From a virus (Duplodnaviria; Caudoviricetes): 60,761 nt of DNA. Shown here one piece after another: positions 1-7,971 of the stretch. Position 1 is the first letter of the stretch. Every line of letters starts with the position of its first letter. The position numbers and the translations under genes were made by a program. Below the pieces are notes generated by a model. That model searched no databases, was not told where the DNA came from, and worked only from the letters and a program-made list of their open reading frames with translations. The stretch covers positions 1-60,761 of IMG/VR virus record IMGVR_UViG_3300009514_000027, one strand, 5' to 3'.

Positions 1-170
1 ACTAAAGAAGTTAACCATCAGTCCCTTTTCTAAAAAAAAATACAATTTTTGGAGGGGACTCCGTATATCTAAACGGTAAAAAGAAAAAGATAAAGTAACC
101 TTTAAGTAAGCACGTAAGGATGAACAGGAAAGTTATGTACTATGGAATGCCTCCGTAACGGCAACTACTA

Positions 171-527
171 ATGGGATTTATACTCTTTATAATAGCAAGT
201 ATACTAAAATGGGCATTTTCTCCATTGCTTTATGTTTATAGTTCAATAAGGGCTGCTCAAAGTAAGGAATGGAACTCATGGCATAGGGTACTGGCTGTAT
301 CAAAAGACCAGCATGGCAATGTGTTAGGCAAGTACTTCTGGAATGATACTATGATAAAGAGTTATTCTCACCATAAGTTTGGACATGAGGATGAAACTAT
401 GTCATCTGTATATGGCAAGAATGAGAGAGATGGTACATTAAAGCCTTTAGGAGACTGGGTTAATAAGAACTTGAATAAGGTAGACCCAGGACACTCTATA
501 AAAGCTATTGAAGAAGACAAATTATAA
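171..527 (+). CDS. phage membrane-anchored hypothetical protein
   Basis: 118-aa ORF with hydrophobic N-terminus. The DQxGN...FGxxDETxSS...DPxH pattern resembles a small conserved phage family often found near lysis genes (recollection). Confidence 0.7.
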   Translation: MGFILFIIASILKWAFSPLLYVYSSIRAAQSKEWNSWHRVLAVSKDQHGNVLGKYFWNDTMIKSYSHHKFGHEDETMSSVYGKNERDGTLKPLGDWVNKNLNKVDPGHSIKAIEEDKL

Positions 528-555
528 CTTAGTAACCAATTAAATATATATATAT

Positions 556-861
556 ATGTTACCAGTATTTGCAGGACTTATTAACCTTATACCAGGAGTG
601 GCTAATACCATCCTTTCAATTATAAGGGAAAAGAAGAATACTAACCCAGCTACCAGTGCAGTACTTCCTGCGTTTGTAGCAGATGCTCATAACATTGCTG
701 ATGGTATAGAACTTAGTTCTAAAGCTATAGTAGGTTATGGAGTAGGTGGTGCTATTGTGTACTTTGCACTCCAGCAAGACCCACTTAATCTTTATGTACT
801 CGCTATTGGAGCTGTAGTAGTAATTGCTACCACGGTTGCCAAGGTGTTTGATAAGAAGTAA
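556..861 (+). CDS. small membrane protein, holin-like
   Basis: 101 aa, two C-terminal hydrophobic segments, basic C-terminus (FDKK), A-rich start region. Confidence 0.55.
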   Translation: MLPVFAGLINLIPGVANTILSIIREKKNTNPATSAVLPAFVADAHNIADGIELSSKAIVGYGVGGAIVYFALQQDPLNLYVLAIGAVVVIATTVAKVFDKK

Positions 862-944
862 CCCCCACAGGATTAGTAGTCCTGTGCCACCTCATCAGTA
901 AATTGAGGTTCATAAAAAAGACCAGCCCCGTAAGGCTGGCAAAT

Positions 945-984
945 AAATACCCTGTAGCTTTAGGTGGCAGGGTATTTTTTTTTT
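945..984 (+). terminator. intrinsic terminator
   Basis: AAATACCCTGT (945-955) pairs with GCAGGGTATTT (967-977), followed by a T-run to 984. Confidence 0.85.
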
Positions 985-1004
985 GAAAAATAGTTGCCAA
1001 AAAA

Positions 1005-1036
1005 TTTGGAAATCTCGATTTTATTTCGTATCTTTG
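1005..1036 (+). promoter_or_regulatory. Bacteroidota sigmaA-type promoter
   Basis: TTTG (1005-1008) + 20 nt + TATCTTTG (1029-1036), 14 nt before the ATG at 1051. Confidence 0.85.
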
Positions 1037-1050
1037 TATACTTTTAGCAA

Positions 1051-1278
1051 ATGGTCAGTAAATTAGAGATTAAAAGGGCTGGATGGCAACAGGAGAAATG
1101 TGAGGACATTGTTTATCACATATATAAGGAGGACAGCCTTTATCTCTTATTTAGAGACACTGATAATAACCTGATAAAGATATCCCTATTAAAGGATAAG
1201 AAGAAAGTCTGTCTATTCAGGGATAAGATAAAGGATGTAGTAGAACTTAAAAGGATAATGGAACTTTATAAAATATGA
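1051..1278 (+). CDS. hypothetical protein
   Basis: 75-aa ORF directly downstream of the promoter. Confidence 0.65.
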   Translation: MVSKLEIKRAGWQQEKCEDIVYHIYKEDSLYLLFRDTDNNLIKISLLKDKKKVCLFRDKIKDVVELKRIMELYKI

Positions 1279-1432
1279 AAAAACATTTTAATTTTGATTT
1301 TGACTTATTAAACATCTGTGGATGTTGTGAGAAAAAGTTTGGTATCTGTACATGTACTGATAAGAAAGAGTTTATAAAAGTACAAAAAGAGATACATGAA
1401 GCACTGGAGTAAAATAGACTTATCAAAATACA

Positions 1433-1807
1433 ATGGAGAGAAAGGTAATACCGATTAATACAGAGATACGGACATTCTTCAGACAGTATGTCCATGTTCT
1501 CAAACCAGTACTTAGGCTTAATGACAGAGAGTCAGATATTCTTGGGGAACTGATGTATGCTAATTATAAGCACAGGGACTTGAAGGAGGATATCAGGTAT
1601 AAGATTATCTTTGACTACGATACCAGAGTGGATATGAGAAATGCTTTAGGCATCTCTGAGGCTAGTTTTAATAATGGGCTTACTACTCTTAGAAGGTCAG
1701 GGATTATAGTTAATAACAGGCTATCTAAGAACTTACTTGTGATACCTGAATCTAATAGGTTCTGCCTGTCTTTTCTGTTTAGTATAAACCCTGCCAAAGA
1801 TGTTTAG
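1433..1807 (+). CDS. winged helix-turn-helix DNA-binding protein
   Basis: LNDRESDILGEL...RVDMRNALGISEASFNNGLTTLRRSGII fits an HTH/wHTH pattern. Confidence 0.65.
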   Translation: MERKVIPINTEIRTFFRQYVHVLKPVLRLNDRESDILGELMYANYKHRDLKEDIRYKIIFDYDTRVDMRNALGISEASFNNGLTTLRRSGIIVNNRLSKNLLVIPESNRFCLSFLFSINPAKDV

Positions 1808-2072
1808 TATTACAAGAGTATCAGAAACAGACTACTTTGAGATATTTAAGGATATATCTCTTAGATACAGAATACCTTTACCTATTGTAGAGAAGATTTG
1901 TATGTCTGAGTTTGGATGTCTGAGAGACACTATAAAAGGGGCAACAAGAAATGAAGCAGATACGTTTAAGAATGTAAGACCCCTTGGATTGGGGTTATTC
2001 TATTTTAGTCCTGGATTATTAAGCAGATATAAAAGACTACACGATGAAGGTAAGATTAAAAGTACTAAATGA
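1800..2072 (+). CDS. IHF/HU-like DNA-binding protein
   Basis: 90 aa, helical N-terminus (IFKDISLRYRIPLPIVEKI) then NVRPLGLGLFYF, resembling the HU/IHF I.GFG.F strand. Confidence 0.55.
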   Translation: MFSITRVSETDYFEIFKDISLRYRIPLPIVEKICMSEFGCLRDTIKGATRNEADTFKNVRPLGLGLFYFSPGLLSRYKRLHDEGKIKSTK

Positions 2073-2331
2073 CCTCTCTCGTCCTGGAACAGAGGATGAC
2101 CCTTTACCTATTGTTGTAAAGAGGAATGTAGTAACACACTACTATGTATACCCACAGGATATTATGTTTGTAGGAGAGGTTCTTGCAAAGGACGGTCGAG
2201 TCTACAAAGGAAGATGCAGGCTTGCCTGTAGGGAACTTGGAGAGGTAGTGGTAAAGCATTCTGTGGAAGCTGTAAGGAAAATGGCAGAACCTCCACAAAG
2301 AATAACAGTAAAAGGATTTAAACTATATTAA
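2044..2331 (+). CDS. hypothetical protein
   Basis: 95-aa ORF in a tightly packed operon. Confidence 0.65.
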   Translation: MKVRLKVLNDLSRPGTEDDPLPIVVKRNVVTHYYVYPQDIMFVGEVLAKDGRVYKGRCRLACRELGEVVVKHSVEAVRKMAEPPQRITVKGFKLY

Positions 2332-2342
2332 TTATATATAAG

Positions 2343-2702
2343 ATGGAAGAGCCAAATGGAGCGGAAGAAGTAAAGGAAGCTTTAGACAACTTTGTAGAAG
2401 AAATTAAAGACACGGAGAAAGTCAATGTTGTTGAGACATTGCAGGTTGAAGAGCCAAAACGTACTGAACCTACTGAAGAAGAGAAAGCAGCATTCAGAAA
2501 TCCTGCCCGTAATAAGGGAGAATCTTATGAGGCATATAGGTTCAGAAGGAATACTGTTAATAAGATTGAGAGGGCAAGACTTCGTGGATTTTGGTATTGG
2601 AGAAGTAAGAATATAGAAGACTTGAGAAAAGGTAAGAGGGATACCTCATGGGGAACCCTGTCTAATAAGATGCTGGAAGAAATGGCTAAACAGAGCAAGT
2701 AA
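2343..2702 (+). CDS. hypothetical protein
   Basis: 119 aa, acidic N-half and basic C-half, stop overlaps the next start. Confidence 0.7.
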   Translation: MEEPNGAEEVKEALDNFVEEIKDTEKVNVVETLQVEEPKRTEPTEEEKAAFRNPARNKGESYEAYRFRRNTVNKIERARLRGFWYWRSKNIEDLRKGKRDTSWGTLSNKMLEEMAKQSK

Positions 2703-2995
2703 TGATACCAAAGTCTCTAAAAATAGCAGGCCAGACCATTAAGGTTATCTTTAAAAAGGATTTAAAGCTTAGTGGTGAATCTGTATTTGGAGTATGGGAT
2801 TACAATAAGAATAAAATATACCTACAGGCTTCTACAAGAAAAGAACCTATAACACAGGAACAGATAGAGAGTACGTATATTCATGAATTAGTGCATGCTT
2901 GTTTGGAGATTCTAGGAGAGGAGGCTCTATCAAAGAAAGAAACCTTTGTAACAGGGTTTGCTAATTTATTACATCAGGCTTTAAAAAGTGAATAA
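2702..2995 (+). CDS. small zincin-like metallopeptidase
   Basis: TYIHELVHA (HExxH), preceded by G.WDY....IYL and followed by an E-containing helix. Confidence 0.7.
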   Translation: MIPKSLKIAGQTIKVIFKKDLKLSGESVFGVWDYNKNKIYLQASTRKEPITQEQIESTYIHELVHACLEILGEEALSKKETFVTGFANLLHQALKSE

Positions 2996-3567
2996 TGGGA
3001 CTATTAGTATTTGAAGGCAGTAAACTGGAGGTAACTCCTGAAACATTAACCATAGGTCCGTTCAAGACTATTTGGAATAGGGACAAGAGTAAGGGTAAAG
3101 AGATGGCTCTTGCAGAACTTGCATATGTTTACTATGCTGCAGACTTTAAATCTATATATAAGAATATCCCTATAGATGAAAGAGAGGATAGAATAGTACA
3201 GGATGTATTTGAAGGAAAGAAATGGAAGGCAGATATTGTTATAAAGAAGGCTATAGAGAAGTATAAGGAGTTGAACTTCTCTCAGACTATGGGACTATTG
3301 GAAGATGCAGAAGGAGCTATAGAGAAAGTACGTTCTTACCTTCGTGAGGTAGACCTTATGGAGACAGACAATAGTGGTAAACCTATCTATTCTGCTAAGG
3401 ATTTGATGGCAAACCTTAAAGGTCTTGGAGAGGTCGTAGCAGGTATCAAGAAACTAAAGGATGAGGTAGCTAAAGAGGTTAATGATAGTTCTACTATTAA
3501 GGGAGGAAATACTTTAGGGGCATTTGAAGACCCTGATTTTATAGATAGTGATGAAGACGATGGATAG
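2995..3567 (+). CDS. conserved protein upstream of terminase, putative terminase small subunit
   Basis: 190-aa helical protein overlapping the TerL start. Assignment is by position only. Confidence 0.5.
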   Translation: MGLLVFEGSKLEVTPETLTIGPFKTIWNRDKSKGKEMALAELAYVYYAADFKSIYKNIPIDEREDRIVQDVFEGKKWKADIVIKKAIEKYKELNFSQTMGLLEDAEGAIEKVRSYLREVDLMETDNSGKPIYSAKDLMANLKGLGEVVAGIKKLKDEVAKEVNDSSTIKGGNTLGAFEDPDFIDSDEDDG

Positions 3568-6500
3568 GTATTTCAAAAATACAGAGAATTTTAGGGAGGC
3601 AGCTCTTACCTACAAAGAAACGGGTAAGTTTTGTCCTTATCCCGTGAATTTCCACAGGAACTCTCAGTATATGAAGTTCTGGAAAGAGCAGGAGAAGCGT
3701 TCTTTAAGAGGTTATACTAGTAATGGTATTTCTATTACTGGATATCACTATTTCTATATGAATTTCTCACAAATATATATTGTAGTTTTTGATAAAAATT
3801 CTGTATCAGGAAAAGGAGGAAAAATAGTAGGAGAAAGGATATTAGATTTTCCAAGATTTTGGGACTCTGACTATGATTATTATTGGTACATAGAAGATGC
3901 TGAGAAGCAAGGAGAGCACGGGTCTGTATTAAAGTGCAGGGGTCGTGGGTATAGCTTCAAGGCTGCATCTATGTTAAACAGGAACTACTTTCTTATACCA
4001 GGAAGTAGGAATTATGCAGTAGCCTACGAGAAGGAGTACTTGACAAAGGAGGGGCTGCTGTCTAAGACCTGGGAAATGATGGATTTTGTCAATGAGCAGA
4101 CAGCTTGGGGCAAGAAACGTCAGTTCAAGAACAGTGACATGCATAGGAGGGCTTCCTATGAAGCTAATATAGGAGGAGTAAAGGTAGAGAAAGGCTATAA
4201 ATCGGAGATTATAGGAATCTCACTCAAGGATAATCCTCAGAAGATAAGGGGTAAGAGAGGAAAGCTGATATTGTTTGAGGAAGCAGGGATGTTTCCTGGG
4301 ATGTTAACAGCTTGGCAAATTGCCCGTTCTTCTATGGAACAAGGAAACATTGCTTTCGGTCAAATGCTTGCCTTTGGTACTGGTGGGTGTGTTTGTGCAG
4401 GAACAAAAGTATGGACAAGTTCAGGAGACCTTATAAACATAGAAGATTTAAAAAAAGAACAGGGAATTTTAGGTTATAGTGGAAATAGTGTTTCTAAAGA
4501 ACCTATTTCTTATTGGCAAAAACCTACAAAAAAATTATGTTATAGAATTACTACAAATACAGGAAGATTTTTGGAATGCAGTAAAGACCATCCTATCTTA
4601 AAAGCAGACGAGGAGAAAAAATTGTTTATTAATAAAAAAGTTTTTGTAAAAACCTCTACTTTAAAAGTAAATGATTTAATTGCTACTATAGAAGAAGTTC
4701 CTATTTTTGGAAACAACCGTATGTGGAATCCCAGAATTATAGGGTGGTTAATAGGAGACGGTACTTATGGTAAAGACCAGACTCCTTGTCTAAGTAACTG
4801 TGAAGAAGAAATAAATTCTTTTATAGAAAAAAATCTTACCACAAGTCTTAGAAAACAGTATATTACAAAAACAGGAAAAACATACAAAGAAACACATTTA
4901 AAAAACTTATGTCCTATTTTAAGAGAACTTGGTATTTATACACAAACTAAGTTAGATAAAACACTTCCTACTAGTATACATTCTTATTGTAAGCAAGATA
5001 TTTGCGAACTACTTGGTGGATTATTTGATACAGACGGTTATGTATCTTACAGAACTAATAGAAAAAGAGGAAGTAAGGTAATAGAGATAGGTATTTCTCA
5101 AGCATCTTTAAAACTCATTATAGAAATACAGTTACTTCTACAAAAGATAGGAATACACGGAATTATTAGAAAAAGACTGCCGAGAAAAAATAACCCCATA
5201 GATAGAAACTGTTGGTATGAGTTTGTCATATCTGACAAACTAAGTTTATTATCTTTCTCAAAAAACATAAAACTTTTCATAAAAACTAAACAAGATAGGA
5301 TAGATAAAATAAACAGTCTTTATGGTGAAAAAAGGATATCAGCACTTAGAGGGGACGGTGTTAGGTTTGAACGTATAGTAAGTATTGAGAATATAGGTAT
5401 ACAAAACATATACAATCTTACCGCAGCTTTAACTAACACATATATAGCAAATGGCATAATTACACACAATACTAAAGGAGCTGACTTTATGGCACTTGAA
5501 GAATTGTTCTATAGTCCTGAAGGGTATAATGTCCACTCTGTTCCCAACATCTGGGATAAGGGTAGGGAGAATACCAAGTCAGGATTTTTTATTCCAGTTA
5601 CCAGTAACTATGAAGGATACTATGACGAGAATGGCAACTCTGACGTAGACTCTGTACTGAAGAAGGAAGAGATAAACAGGAATAAGGTAAGAGAGAACTC
5701 TACTAATATCTCTGTAGTTACTCAGTATATTGCTGAGAACTGTATCACTCCTGCTGAAGCTGTATTAAGGACTACAGGTACAATCTTTCCAATCAATGAC
5801 CTTAAAGAAAGACTCTATGAACTTGAGACTAACCAGAGGATTATGGACTCTGATTTTGTAGGAAGACTTTCTATAAATTCAAGTAGTGGTAAAGTGGAGT
5901 GGAAACCAGACCCAGAAGTAAAACCTATCTATGACTACCCTATAAAGAATAATAAAAATCTTGATGGTGCTATAGTTATTTATGAACACCCATTCAAGGA
6001 TGAATCCACCCAACAAATACCTTATGGGATGTATATTGGTGGATGTTTAACACCTGGTGAAAAAGTAGTTACAGATAAAGGACTAAAGAATGTAGAAGAT
6101 GTTACTCTTGAAGATAAACTTGTAAATAAAGAGGGAGAGTTTGTTAAGGTAATAAATTTACAACAAAGACAAAAAATAGACCACGACACTTATGAATTAA
6201 AGATGTCTGGTACTTATAGGACTACAAAATTTACTAGGGGACATCCTATCTATACTAGTAAAACTCCGTATAACAGTAATAAAACTATAAATGAAAAAGG
6301 TTTTGATTTTAAGTTTAATCGTGCAGATACTTTAGATGTAGGAGACTGGACAAAATATCCTAACATTTATAATAAAGAAATTAGTTTTGACACTGTAACT
6401 TTATGGAACAATGCCGGTTATAGAAAAGATAAGTTAATCTCTGACCCTTTATCCCATAAAGATTTTTGGTGGTTTGTTGGTTTATGGTTAGGGGACGGAT

Positions 6501-7867
6501 GTTGTTACAATGACAAGGTAAGTATTTCTTTTAATAAAAATGAAAAATACTATATAGACAAACTGGTTAATGTTATAAAAACATTATTTAATAGGAGTCC
6601 TCAATTAAATAACAACGGGGATAATTGTATTGAGTGTGCTTTTAATTTTCAACAACTGTGTAATTTTTTAGAAAAGTATTTTGGTAAATATGCACTAGGT
6701 AAGCATATTCCAGAGTGGGTAAAGTATGCTAAAAAGGAGTATAAAACTAGTATGGTATTAGGATATTTAGACTCTGATGGCTGTATAACAAAACACGTTA
6801 AAGGGTACTATTCTACAGAATTTGTTAGTATAAACTTAGAACTTCTTGAAGGATTTCAAGATATAATTTTTAGTCTTGGTATAGTTAGCAGTATAAGTAA
6901 ACTTAGAGAAGCAAAAAAAACCTATATAGTTGAAAGGGAAGTGTTACAAAAAGAATGTTACCATCTTCGTTTAGCCCATCATTCTAGCTTAGAGTTAGTA
7001 AATCAATTAGGAGATTATAACGATTTAAAAATAAAAAGAATAGATTTTAATAATCTTCCTGTATTAAGAGTACGTCCAAAAGATGGTTGTTTTTTAAGTC
7101 CTGATTTGAAGTATATTTATTTTCAAATTAGGGAAATAAAACATAGTTTGTATACAGGAACTGTTTATAACTTTGAATGTGAAACTCATAATTATGTGTC
7201 ACACCACGTCTCTCAGAAAAACTGTGATCCCTACGACCATGATGAATCTACAACAGATTCTTTAGGGTCTACTTTCATACTTAATTTACTTACTAATAGG
7301 ATAGTAGCTGAATATACAGGGAGACCTGCAACTGCTAGTCAGTATTATGAGAACGTAAGAAGATTACTAGTATATTACAATGCTGTATGTAACTATGAGA
7401 ACGCTCTTAAAGGAATGTTCACGTACTTTGATAATATGCATTGTGTACACTATCTGGCAGATACTCCAAAGTCACTTGTTGACCAGGAGTTGATGACCGA
7501 TAAGATGTTTAATAGGAAGAAAGGAACTCCAGCCAGTGAGGTTATAAATAAGTATGGAAGAGAGCTTACAAAGACATGGTTATTAGAACCTATTGTGGGA
7601 GAAGAGAATATTATGAACCTACACAGAATAAGGTCTATTCCTTTACTTAAAGAACTTATATACTGGAATAAGGATATTAACTGTGACCGTGTATCCGCTA
7701 TGGGTATGCTTATGATTCTTAAACAGGATGTGTTTAGATTCTTAGAGGATAGAAAGAAACCCATCAAACTTGTTACAGATGACCCATTATGGGACAGGGC
7801 ATATAAAGGAAATGGGGGAAAAAAGATAGAAGGGGAGGATTTAGGGACTAATTTACTGGTATGGTAA
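3548..7867 (+). CDS. terL: terminase large subunit precursor containing two inteins (about 685 aa after splicing)
   Basis: Walker A VLKCRGRGYSF, Walker B LILFEEAG, coupling motif FGTGG|T, nuclease motif YIGG|CDP, C-terminal NCDRVSA. The ATG at 3560 is a plausible true start. Confidence 0.95.
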   Translation: MMKTMDRYFKNTENFREAALTYKETGKFCPYPVNFHRNSQYMKFWKEQEKRSLRGYTSNGISITGYHYFYMNFSQIYIVVFDKNSVSGKGGKIVGERILDFPRFWDSDYDYYWYIEDAEKQGEHGSVLKCRGRGYSFKAASMLNRNYFLIPGSRNYAVAYEKEYLTKEGLLSKTWEMMDFVNEQTAWGKKRQFKNSDMHRRASYEANIGGVKVEKGYKSEIIGISLKDNPQKIRGKRGKLILFEEAGMFPGMLTAWQIARSSMEQGNIAFGQMLAFGTGGCVCAGTKVWTSSGDLINIEDLKKEQGILGYSGNSVSKEPISYWQKPTKKLCYRITTNTGRFLECSKDHPILKADEEKKLFINKKVFVKTSTLKVNDLIATIEEVPIFGNNRMWNPRIIGWLIGDGTYGKDQTPCLSNCEEEINSFIEKNLTTSLRKQYITKTGKTYKETHLKNLCPILRELGIYTQTKLDKTLPTSIHSYCKQDICELLGGLFDTDGYVSYRTNRKRGSKVIEIGISQASLKLIIEIQLLLQKIGIHGIIRKRLPRKNNPIDRNCWYEFVISDKLSLLSFSKNIKLFIKTKQDRIDKINSLYGEKRISALRGDGVRFERIVSIENIGIQNIYNLTAALTNTYIANGIITHNTKGADFMALEELFYSPEGYNVHSVPNIWDKGRENTKSGFFIPVTSNYEGYYDENGNSDVDSVLKKEEINRNKVRENSTNISVVTQYIAENCITPAEAVLRTTGTIFPINDLKERLYELETNQRIMDSDFVGRLSINSSSGKVEWKPDPEVKPIYDYPIKNNKNLDGAIVIYEHPFKDESTQQIPYGMYIGGCLTPGEKVVTDKGLKNVEDVTLEDKLVNKEGEFVKVINLQQRQKIDHDTYELKMSGTYRTTKFTRGHPIYTSKTPYNSNKTINEKGFDFKFNRADTLDVGDWTKYPNIYNKEISFDTVTLWNNAGYRKDKLISDPLSHKDFWWFVGLWLGDGCCYNDKVSISFNKNEKYYIDKLVNVIKTLFNRSPQLNNNGDNCIECAFNFQQLCNFLEKYFGKYALGKHIPEWVKYAKKEYKTSMVLGYLDSDGCITKHVKGYYSTEFVSINLELLEGFQDIIFSLGIVSSISKLREAKKTYIVEREVLQKECYHLRLAHHSSLELVNQLGDYNDLKIKRIDFNNLPVLRVRPKDGCFLSPDLKYIYFQIREIKHSLYTGTVYNFECETHNYVSHHVSQKNCDPYDHDESTTDSLGSTFILNLLTNRIVAEYTGRPATASQYYENVRRLLVYYNAVCNYENALKGMFTYFDNMHCVHYLADTPKSLVDQELMTDKMFNRKKGTPASEVINKYGRELTKTWLLEPIVGEENIMNLHRIRSIPLLKELIYWNKDINCDRVSAMGMLMILKQDVFRFLEDRKKPIKLVTDDPLWDRAYKGNGGKKIEGEDLGTNLLVW
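4388..5470 (+). mobile_element. intein 1 in TerL with LAGLIDADG homing endonuclease (361 aa)
   Basis: Starts CVCAGTKV, ends NTYIANGIITHN, +1 residue Thr. LAGLIDADG-like motifs IIGWLIGDG and LLGGLFDTDG. Confidence 0.95.
6044..7222 (+). mobile_element. intein 2 in TerL with LAGLIDADG homing endonuclease (393 aa)
   Basis: Starts CLTPGEKV, block B FTRGHP, block F VYNFECETHNY, ends SQKN, +1 residue Cys. Motifs FVGLWLGDG and VLGYLDSDG. Confidence 0.95.
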
Positions 7868-7871
7868 ATTT

Positions 7872-7953
7872 TATTAGTTATTAGAAAACCTATATTTATT
7901 TTAGGTATTTACCCCAAATCACTTGTTTTTAGTATTTTATTGTTGTATCTTTG
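7872..7953 (+). promoter_or_regulatory. portal promoter with upstream 31-bp conserved element
   Basis: TATTAGTTATTAGAAAACCTATATTTATTTT (7872-7902), then CTTG (7922-7925) + 20 nt + TATCTTTG (7946-7953). Confidence 0.8.
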
Positions 7954-7971
7954 TATTATTTATTTTTTTAA

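Noticed and set aside
544-557. (AT)7 run ending in the start codon of the holin-like gene as a phase-variation switch
   Set aside because: It lies upstream of the reading frame and is plausible by chance in an AT-rich initiation region. There is no evidence of length variation.
862-1050. tRNA genes in the structured intergenic regions (also 57000-57390)
   Set aside because: No cloverleaf, T-loop GTTCRA or acceptor stem found.
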